Shown: positions 9,526 through 15,873 of the stretch, one piece after another | Numbering within the stretch: the stretch's first letter is position 1 | Layout of the letters: each line of letters opens with the position of its first letter | Assembly: GCA_964361785.1 (NCBI GenBank) | Contig: CAYIBX010000004.1 | Coordinates: 1-55,712 of the forward strand | Direction: 5' to 3' | Source: an uncultured Gammaproteobacteria bacterium | Lineage (GTDB): Bacteria; Patescibacteriota; Microgenomatia; UBA10105; UBA927 | Length of the DNA stretch: 55,712 bases | Made by a program: the position numbers and the translations under genes | Notes under the pieces: generated by a model | What the model saw: only the letters and a program-made list of their open reading frames with translations | Told to the model about the DNA's origin: nothing | Databases searched by the model: none

Positions 9526-10797
9526 ATGAAACTTTTCTCTCTTCTTGTCATTGTTTCATTTGCTTTTGGACAATTGATAGCAATACCACTTGGTAGTAAT
9601 GTCGTCCTTTATGTGCATGACATACTCCTTGCATGTGTAATAGTCTTTGCTATAGGGACGAAAAAAATAACACCGTCAGGAATACTTGTTTTCCCCATAG
9701 GTGTATTTGTCGGAGTCGCATTTATTTCGCTTCTTTTCAATTCCTATCGATTTACCATCGCTGAGCTTGGTGTTTCGAGTCTATACCTTTTGCGCTGGGT
9801 GCTCTATAGCTCGTTGTATGTCATTTCATTGCAGAAGTTTATTACATCCAGACAGTGGCTTACGTGGACGTATTGGTCTGGTGTATGTGTGGCGGTATTG
9901 GGGTTTGTCCAGTATGTCTATTATAAAGATTTGAGAAATGTATTGTATTTAGGGTGGGATCCGCATTACTATCGTATATTTTCAACATTTCTTGATCCCA
10001 ATTTTCTTTCATTGTTTTTAGTGCTTACACTTTTTCTTGGTATGTACTTTCTAAATGAAAAATCGCGATGGCCCTATATGGTTGGACAATTCGTGACGTT
10101 GGGCGCATTATTTTTGACGTATTCACGGTCAGGCTATGTAGCATTGCTTGTAGGATCTGTTGTCTATGCACTATTGATACGTCGAGTGAAATCATTGCTT
10201 ATCGCAATATGTGTGTTTGTGGTGATACTTTTTATACTGCCTACGCCATATGGAGAGGGTGTCAAATTATTGCGTACCACCTCGACGTTTGCCAGAGTGG
10301 GAAATTGGCAACGCGGATATTCTCTTATAAAAGAATCTCCTATCTTTGGGTTTGGATTTAATACATTGCGCTATGTTAAAGAAGCGAGAGGCTGGGGGGA
10401 TGAAAATAGTATTATACCTGATAAAGCGGGCGCAGGATTAGATGATAGTTTTCAGTTTCTTTGGGCAACGACCGGCATAGTCGGATTGGTGTCGTATCTT
10501 TGGATATTGTCAAAGATTGGAAAAATATTTCTTCGTGCACAAGGAAATCATACAACACGAGTATTAGGAGTGATTGGGATGAGTGGATTGGCAGCAACTA
10601 TCGTACATAGTCAGTTTATCAATAGTCTTTTTTATCCGCAGATACTTTTGTGGTGGTGGATTGTGGTAGGAGCGACAGAACAATGTATTAAGGTTGATAC
10701 GTCACGCGACGTTCGATCTTCGTTTGGTTCCCCGCGGGGTCAGTCGAGACGATTGTCAAAGCATTCTCGCCGTCGACTAAGGACATCGAGTATATAA
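9526..10797 (+). CDS. O-antigen ligase/polymerase-like (Wzy_C) membrane protein
   Basis: About 10 TM segments plus the LTYSRSGYVALLVG motif and a large external loop. The basic C-terminal tail overlaps the convergent gene by 110 nt. Confidence 0.7.
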   Translation: MKLFSLLVIVSFAFGQLIAIPLGSNVVLYVHDILLACVIVFAIGTKKITPSGILVFPIGVFVGVAFISLLFNSYRFTIAELGVSSLYLLRWVLYSSLYVISLQKFITSRQWLTWTYWSGVCVAVLGFVQYVYYKDLRNVLYLGWDPHYYRIFSTFLDPNFLSLFLVLTLFLGMYFLNEKSRWPYMVGQFVTLGALFLTYSRSGYVALLVGSVVYALLIRRVKSLLIAICVFVVILFILPTPYGEGVKLLRTTSTFARVGNWQRGYSLIKESPIFGFGFNTLRYVKEARGWGDENSIIPDKAGAGLDDSFQFLWATTGIVGLVSYLWILSKIGKIFLRAQGNHTTRVLGVIGMSGLAATIVHSQFINSLFYPQILLWWWIVVGATEQCIKVDTSRDVRSSFGSPRGQSRRLSKHSRRRLRTSSI

Positions 10798-11398
10798 ACG
10801 ATCCGTCGACGCGAACAACGACGATTCGACCGCTTACCGTTACGCGCATACCCTCTTCTGTTTTTCCTTCTACGATAGTTTTATGGGTGCCATCATTTAT
10901 AGTCGCTCCATCTGACGGTTTGGTGAGCTCAAGTTCAGGAGCGGTACGATCGATGCTCGTAGAGATGACGTTTGAGAGATCGCTCGTTTGGTCTTTGTCG
11001 CCGAGTAATTTTGCACTTATGGTAATTTTTTCTTCTTCAATAGGGATATCGTCTAATACAAAACTTCCGGTATCGGTTGTGATGAGTTTTTTGTATTCTT
11101 TATCATTTACATAGATGATGACTGTTTTTTTGGGATCTGCTTTGCCGCGAATTGAAAGTGAGGCGCTGTTGGTTGCATCAGGCAAGGGGTCGAGCATGGG
11201 TGGCAAGAGTACATCTGATTGTGTAGCTTGCTGAGGTGTAGTTCCCCGAATTTTGTCCACAAAGATACTAAATCCTATTAAAATTTTTAAACCAAAAAAG
11301 AGAAGAAAAAAGAGTAAGGCAATAGAACCTGCAACGGCCATATAAAGTCGCTTCGATGCCTTTTTATCCTCGAATCGTCGTAATCTTGATGTGGTCAT
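10688..11398 (-). CDS. membrane-anchored extracellular protein with bacterial Ig-like domains
   Basis: Basic N-terminus plus one TM (AVAGSIALLFFLLFFGL). The C-terminus has the G-x-F…L-x-x-G-x-N-x-I-x-V-x-x-x-D-x-AGN pattern (DGENALTIVSTDPAGN). The ATG lies 9 nt downstream of tRNA-Thr. Confidence 0.55.
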   Translation of the reverse strand: MTTSRLRRFEDKKASKRLYMAVAGSIALLFFLLFFGLKILIGFSIFVDKIRGTTPQQATQSDVLLPPMLDPLPDATNSASLSIRGKADPKKTVIIYVNDKEYKKLITTDTGSFVLDDIPIEEEKITISAKLLGDKDQTSDLSNVISTSIDRTAPELELTKPSDGATINDGTHKTIVEGKTEEGMRVTVSGRIVVVRVDGSFIYSMSLVDGENALTIVSTDPAGNQTKIERRVTYQP

Positions 11399-11407
11399 AT
11401 TTTTTTG

Positions 11408-11478
11408 AGCCTCTTGTCAGAATCGGACTGACATCGACGGTTTACGATACCGCTGCTCTACCGTTGAGCTAAAGAGGC
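11408..11478 (-). tRNA. tRNA-Thr (anticodon CGU)
   Basis: Hand-folded cloverleaf: GCCTCTT/AAGAGGC acceptor, GCTC/GAGC D stem, GCGGT-ATCGTAA-ACCGT anticodon arm, GTCAG-TCCGATT-CTGAC T arm. CCA is not encoded. Confidence 0.9.
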
Positions 11479-11583
11479 GACTATTTTTTATCTCCTCTCT
11501 TTATTTTATCAAGAAACACGTCGAAATGGTACGATAGAAGAATAAGACGATATATTCCTTCATCGATTACCCGTAAATATCCA

Positions 11584-12069
11584 GTGATTGGCTTGATTCT
11601 CTCTATCCTTATATTAGTATACCCGATGGTTTCATCGCAGAAATTACAACAGATACGCGTAGGACAGGCGACAGTTAAACGCGTCATCGATGGAGACACA
11701 ATAGAGCTGGAAGATGGACAAAAGGTGCGTTACATTGGGATCAATACACCAGAAATTTCAACCACAAGTGCCAAGACGTGTTTTGGCAAAGAAGCAGCAG
11801 TAAAAAATATGGAATTTGTGGAAGGTAAGACTGTGCGTTTAGAAAAAGATGTGTCCGAAACAGATAAATATGGACGGCTATTGCGATATGTTTGGGTAGG
11901 AGATGTATTTGTAAATGAAATGTTAGTGAAGCAAGGATATGCTCAAGTAAGTACGTATCCACCTGATGTAGCTCATAAAGACGAATTTCTTTCCGCGCAA
12001 AAAATAGCACAAGAAGGAAACATTGGATTATGGAGCGGGTGTCCAGCGACTAATAATTCCGTGAGGTAA
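11584..12069 (+). CDS. thermonuclease (staphylococcal nuclease, SNase) family protein with N-terminal membrane anchor
   Basis: VKRVIDGDTIELEDGQKVRYIGINTPE…GKEA…D.YGR.LRYVW…GYA match SNase catalytic-core motifs. The start is a GTG and is uncertain. Confidence 0.8.
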   Translation: MIGLILSILILVYPMVSSQKLQQIRVGQATVKRVIDGDTIELEDGQKVRYIGINTPEISTTSAKTCFGKEAAVKNMEFVEGKTVRLEKDVSETDKYGRLLRYVWVGDVFVNEMLVKQGYAQVSTYPPDVAHKDEFLSAQKIAQEGNIGLWSGCPATNNSVR

Positions 12070-12903
12070 GAGACGTTCTGAAGTAGTATCTTTGATTGTG
12101 AGTTCCATTGTTTCAACAATTCCATCGTTCATTACGTCTCTTAACGTATTGTCGAGGGCGATACTCGATAAATCGGCAGTATATGCATTTAAAATAATAA
12201 ACAATGGATTGTTTGATATGAGTTGTTTGCAAAGGGTAAGAAGGGATGTCAAATTATCGTCTAATTTCCATACTTCCCCTTTTGTACCTCTACCAAATCG
12301 TGGAGGATCGAGGATGATTGCGTCGTAGGTGTTACCACGTCGTATTTCTCTGTTTACAAATTTTGAAACGTCATCAAGTATCCATCGGATAGGAGATTGG
12401 GATAGGCCAGAGGCGGCGGCATTTTCTTTGGCCCAATGAATACTACTTTGGCTACTGTCTACATGCGTGACCGTGGCTTCAGCTTTGGCGCTAGCCAGTG
12501 TCGCGCCTCCAGTATAGGCAAAAAGGTTTAACACTCGTTTTTGGTTTGAGGCTTTAAGTTTATTTCCTATCCAGTCCCAATTGACTGCCTGTTCTGGAAA
12601 AACTCCCACATGTTTAAATGATGTTGGTTTTAAATTAAATTTGAGTCCGTTGTACGTTAAATGCCAGTCTATTGGCGGCTCTCTTACGATTTTCCAATCT
12701 CCTGATTCTTTGGAAGATCGTATGTATTGTGCGTCAGCATTTTGCCAGACTTCTTGTGAGGCGTGTCGTAACCAAATAGCGCGTGGATCTGGGCGACTGA
12801 TGGTGTAGTCCCCAAATCTCTCAAGCTTAGCCCCTTCTCCACTATCAATGAGTTCGTAGTCAATCCAGTCAGTCGGAAATGTGATAGGAATAGTGTTGTC
12901 CAC
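12028..12903 (-). CDS. class I SAM-dependent methyltransferase, RlmI/RlmK-like (Methyltrans_SAM type), no PUA domain
   Basis: VLNLFAYTGGATLASA…VTHVDSS…ENAAASGL…YDAIILDPPRFGRG. GTG start. Confidence 0.7.
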   Translation of the reverse strand: MDNTIPITFPTDWIDYELIDSGEGAKLERFGDYTISRPDPRAIWLRHASQEVWQNADAQYIRSSKESGDWKIVREPPIDWHLTYNGLKFNLKPTSFKHVGVFPEQAVNWDWIGNKLKASNQKRVLNLFAYTGGATLASAKAEATVTHVDSSQSSIHWAKENAAASGLSQSPIRWILDDVSKFVNREIRRGNTYDAIILDPPRFGRGTKGEVWKLDDNLTSLLTLCKQLISNNPLFIILNAYTADLSSIALDNTLRDVMNDGIVETMELTIKDTTSERLLPHGIISRWTPAP

Positions 12904-12930
12904 AAATCAAAGTATAGCACTTATTTTTTT

Positions 12931-13374
12931 TCATTTAAAAGTTTTTTTAGCATCTTCGATATTTTGTTTGTGATCGAGGGCCATTTGGTCTGGTAATTCG
13001 TTGAGAGAGAACCATTTAATATCCATTGCGTCGTCTCCTTGTTTGGCTTTGCCCTCTGCGATAGTGACTGCATAAACAAGGTTTATGACTTGTTTGGGAT
13101 GCCTAGAGGGAGAACTATAGACGCCGACTAATTTGGTGGAAATAACGTCAAGATTCGTTTCCTCTTTCACTTCTCGCTTGACGGTCTCTTGGATTGACTC
13201 GTCCCATTCTACATATCCTCCTGGTGTTCCCCAGTATCCTTTGTTTGGCTCAACACCTCTTTGGATGAGTAGTATTTGATTATCTTTGATGATAACTGCG
13301 TCAATTGATACGCCTCTGTTGGGGTATCTTTTGCAGTGTGGACATGGTTCGTTGTTTTTGAGTTGTTTTGACAT
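12931..13374 (-). CDS. NUDIX hydrolase with N-terminal zinc-ribbon-like CxxC
   Basis: Nudix box GGYVEWDESIQETVKREVKEETNL. N-terminal CPHC. Confidence 0.85.
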   Translation of the reverse strand: MSKQLKNNEPCPHCKRYPNRGVSIDAVIIKDNQILLIQRGVEPNKGYWGTPGGYVEWDESIQETVKREVKEETNLDVISTKLVGVYSSPSRHPKQVINLVYAVTIAEGKAKQGDDAMDIKWFSLNELPDQMALDHKQNIEDAKKTFK

Positions 13375-13379
13375 ACATG

Positions 13380-14042
13380 TTATTTCAATAACTGTACAAT
13401 TTTATCTAGTATTTTGTCCAACATTTTTTGTCCATATTTTGTTGAAGACTGTGTTGGATCGACGCCTTGTACAGCTCTTAACTTATCATATTTATTTTCC
13501 ATGCGCTCAAGGTCTACAAATTCAGGAGCCATGGCCATCATAAGCGACGTTTCCCATTTACCTGCATGATCTCCGATTTCCCCATCTATGAGGTCTGGCT
13601 CTTTAACAATTACAAATTGTATACCTTTCCTCAAATATTTTTCAGAAGCTACTTTCGCTATATCTGCATTGGGATAATGGCCTACCAATACAAAAATCTT
13701 TTTAAATCCTATTCGGATCATCCGATAGAAGTAGCTCTCTAATATTTTTTGGTAGAGTGTGGTATCTAGATGGTAGCAATCATATTGCTTATTGGGATAT
13801 TTTTCTAAATCTATATCCGGCCACGTATCAACGCCAAGATAGAGTGGAGGAAACACAATGCCACCAATTTTTTCTGCTGCTAGTTGACAAATTTTCCAAG
13901 CTTTCAATGAATCTAATCCTAGTACATTGTGATACCCATGGTATTCCATGCTACCGAGTGGAAGATAGGCTATGGGATTGGCAACGAATGCCGCTTTGAA
14001 CTCTTCAGGAAACATTTCCTCATATTTGGTTTTTGCATGCAT
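13380..14042 (-). CDS. creatininase-fold amidohydrolase family protein
   Basis: AYLPLGSMEYHGYHNVLGLD resembles the creatininase-family LPxGSxEQHGxHLPxxTD motif. A later GDHAGKWETS motif is also present. Confidence 0.65.
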   Translation of the reverse strand: MHAKTKYEEMFPEEFKAAFVANPIAYLPLGSMEYHGYHNVLGLDSLKAWKICQLAAEKIGGIVFPPLYLGVDTWPDIDLEKYPNKQYDCYHLDTTLYQKILESYFYRMIRIGFKKIFVLVGHYPNADIAKVASEKYLRKGIQFVIVKEPDLIDGEIGDHAGKWETSLMMAMAPEFVDLERMENKYDKLRAVQGVDPTQSSTKYGQKMLDKILDKIVQLLK

Positions 14043-14061
14043 ATAGCTTACCTAAGCGTAC

Positions 14062-14409
14062 TCAAAAAATAATTTGAAAATAAAATAATAGGAAAACAAT
14101 AATGTGTATTGGTGCAGTAACTAAACCAGATACATATTTCTTTACATTTCCAGCCCACACAATATGTTGAACTCCGTTGGCAAACATGAGAGCTAGGAAA
14201 AACGCTTGAAGGTAAGCTCTGCTCGGAAAATCTTGAAGAAGCCACACACCAATCCAGAAACTTTCAAACACTACTTCAAAAATTAAGAACGCCCAGAATG
14301 GCATTTTGAAGAGATACCATTTTTTGTGGAAGCCAGTTGAAAGTTCTTCAATAGAATGTGCGATTTGAACAAATAAGCTGATTGTAAAGTATTGTTCAAG
14401 AAGACTCAT
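14062..14409 (-). CDS. HXXEE domain-containing membrane protein
   Basis: 115 aa with 4 hydrophobic segments and the N-terminal HSIEE motif. Confidence 0.6.
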   Translation of the reverse strand: MSLLEQYFTISLFVQIAHSIEELSTGFHKKWYLFKMPFWAFLIFEVVFESFWIGVWLLQDFPSRAYLQAFFLALMFANGVQHIVWAGNVKKYVSGLVTAPIHIIVFLLFYFQIIF

Positions 14410-14488
14410 AACGTAAGTATATCAAGAAGTGATAAATGAATGTAACGAGTCTCTATTTGCAAAAATCAACGTTATGGTATTTATATTG

Positions 14489-14559
14489 AGCGGGATAGGG
14501 GAATTGAACCCCCTTCTCATCCTTGGGAAGGATGCATACTACCGGTGTACTAATCCCGC
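14489..14559 (-). tRNA. tRNA-Gly (anticodon CCC)
   Basis: Hand-folded: GCGGGAT/ATCCCGC acceptor, CATCC-TTCCCAA-GGATG anticodon arm, GGGGG-TTCAATT-CCCCT T arm, discriminator U. CCA is not encoded. The 5' 10 nt overlap the end of the GIY-YIG ORF. Confidence 0.9.
14549..14559 (-). repeat. 11-nt direct repeat copy R (GCGGGATTAGT = tRNA-Gly positions 1-11)
   Basis: Identical 11-mer to 14852-14862, read on the minus strand. Confidence 0.9.
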
Positions 14560-14813
14560 GATTTTAAACTCCACACTATTTTATCATTCAATACTTCTCG
14601 ACCGTATCCACTTTTATAAAATAATTCCTGTTTGATAGCGTCCTGTTTTGCTATAAATGCTTCATAAAATACTAAATCAAATGGAGCGTTCTTTTTTGAA
14701 AACGTTCCACCTTGTTTCGCATTATGTTCATTCACTCGCTGCTTTAAATCACTCGTAAAGCCAATATACTTTCGTTTAGTTTTCTTACTTACTAATACGT
14801 ATACATAATACAT
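14550..14813 (-). CDS. stand-alone GIY-YIG nuclease domain protein (UPF0213/COG2827-like)
   Basis: MYYVYVLVS…KYIGFTSDLKQRVNEHN carries the GIY-YIG signature (YVYVL…YIGFT…R..EHN). The TAG stop lies at positions 8-10 of tRNA-Gly. Confidence 0.85.
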   Translation of the reverse strand: MYYVYVLVSKKTKRKYIGFTSDLKQRVNEHNAKQGGTFSKKNAPFDLVFYEAFIAKQDAIKQELFYKSGYGREVLNDKIVWSLKSRD

Positions 14814-14820
14814 ACGTGTA

Positions 14821-14853
14821 CCCGCCTCATCGGCGGGTCGCCGAAGAGGCGAC
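14821..14853 (-). other. two adjacent GC-rich stem-loops in the GIY-YIG leader
   Basis: Minus strand: GTCGCC-TCTTC-GGCGAC, then CCCGCC-GATGA-GGCGGG, ending 8 nt before the ATG. GC content is far above the local background. Confidence 0.7.
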
Positions 14854-14862
14854 TAATCCCGC
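14852..14862 (-). repeat. 11-nt direct repeat copy L (orphan copy of the tRNA-Gly 5' end)
   Basis: GCGGGATTAGT on the minus strand, 303 bp upstream of the copy in tRNA-Gly. Confidence 0.9.
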
Positions 14863-14882
14863 ACGTTACACCATAAGAACAC

Positions 14883-14902
14883 ATCTCATAATACCATGAG
14901 AT
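14883..14902 (-). terminator. possible terminator hairpin downstream of the LysM gene
   Basis: ATCTCAT-N6-ATGAGAT 7-bp stem followed on the minus strand by GTGTTCTT, a weak U tract. Confidence 0.3.
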
Positions 14903-14937
14903 TGTTAGTCCGACTACACGGTCTTTTCAAAAAAAGC

Positions 14938-15486
14938 CTATGGCAATTGCAATACGTTTCCGACGTGGATGATGTTGGCATCGTTAAGTTTATTAAGACT
15001 TGCGATTTCCGTCCACCTGTATCCTGTTCCATACGTCTTTTCTGAAATGCCCCAGAGCGTGTCATCTTGTACGACAGTGTACTTGCCGCTTTCTGGTTTT
15101 TTCACTTCGACTGCAGCTGATGATACTTGGCCTACTGGTTCTCGTTTGTCTACTTTTGGAATAGTGAGCGTTTGGCCCGCCTCTATACTATCTGCGTTAG
15201 AAAGCTTGTTGGCTTCTACGATATCTACCCAGTTGTAGCCACTTTGAAAATATTTTTCTGAAATTTTCCAGAGTGATTCACCAGCTGCCACTGTATGTGT
15301 GGCAGGTAGAGCAGTTTCTATTTGCTTTGCTTCTTCTTTTGCTTTCGTGTCTGTGGTTGCTTGTTGGCCCTTATTTTTGACAAAGTTGACCACAAGCATC
15401 GTCGTTACAACGACGACGGCGATGCCTAAAAATAGGGATACAACACTGTCTGAATTTTGTAGTTGTTTTTTGATTTTATCAATCAT
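14938..15486 (-). CDS. membrane-anchored protein with two LysM domains
   Basis: N-terminal TM (VVSLFLGIAVVVVTTMLVV). Two LysM repeats: HTVAAGESLWKISEKY…IEAGQTLTIP and YTVVQDDTLWGISEKT…IHVGNVLQLP. AGGAGG Shine-Dalgarno (SD) sequence upstream. Confidence 0.9.
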   Translation of the reverse strand: MIDKIKKQLQNSDSVVSLFLGIAVVVVTTMLVVNFVKNKGQQATTDTKAKEEAKQIETALPATHTVAAGESLWKISEKYFQSGYNWVDIVEANKLSNADSIEAGQTLTIPKVDKREPVGQVSSAAVEVKKPESGKYTVVQDDTLWGISEKTYGTGYRWTEIASLNKLNDANIIHVGNVLQLP

Positions 15487-15557
15487 GTTCCTCCTTTCTG
15501 GGCAGAGGTAATGTGGGGCAGATCAACGTCTCTCCTTCGCGAGTTCTGAGGGCCGTG

Positions 15558-15591
15558 CCCGCCGTAGCTCGCTTTGGCGAGCGAAGGCGGG
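15558..15591 (-). other. nested GC-rich hairpin overlapping the 3' end of tRNA-Asp
   Basis: Minus strand: CCCGCC-TTC-GCTCGC-CAAA-GCGAGC-TAC-GGCGGG. The 5' arm contains the last acceptor nucleotides plus the discriminator. Confidence 0.7.
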
Positions 15592-15662
15592 ACCGAGCGG
15601 ACTCGAACCGCCGACCTCCTCCTTGACAGGGAGGCGCTCTAACCAGGCTGAGCTACGATCCC
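15588..15662 (-). tRNA. tRNA-Asp (anticodon GUC)
   Basis: GGGATCG/CGGTCCC acceptor, GCTC-AGCCTGGTTA-GAGC D arm, CCTCC-CTGTCAA-GGAGG anticodon arm, GGCGG-TTCGAGT-CCGCT T arm, discriminator G. Confidence 0.9.
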
Positions 15663-15873
15663 ATTCTGGGACAAAACCTTACGGTTTTTTCCCAACGATT
15701 TTCCCTTATAGGTGTTGCAAGCTATTCACTCGCCTGCGTCACGCTTGCAACAGATTTTAATCTATCACCCTTTGGTTATCTGGCTTTGTCATGGCCGCAC
15801 AATGGATGTGGAATGATTATAAAATATAATTGAGCTTATAACAATGGTGTGTTAGCATAATGATAATTGCACT

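Noticed and set aside
11481-11699. 72-aa minus-strand ORF adjacent to tRNA-Thr.
   Set aside because: It overlaps the N-terminal coding part of the SNase-like gene on the opposite strand, has no motif, and is Cys/Ile-rich. It is probably spurious.
14489-14862. Group I intron with a GIY-YIG homing endonuclease inside tRNA-Gly.
   Set aside because: The tRNA-Gly at 14489-14559 is contiguous and folds into a complete cloverleaf. The cassette lies 5' of it, not in the anticodon loop, and I see no intron core (P3-P9-like) structure.
10688-15662. Integrated genomic island or prophage remnant bounded by tRNA-Thr, tRNA-Gly and tRNA-Asp.
   Set aside because: There is no integrase, recombinase or phage structural gene. 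No extended tRNA 3'-end direct repeats are visible. The only repeat is the 11-mer at the 5' end of tRNA-Gly, which is reported separately.
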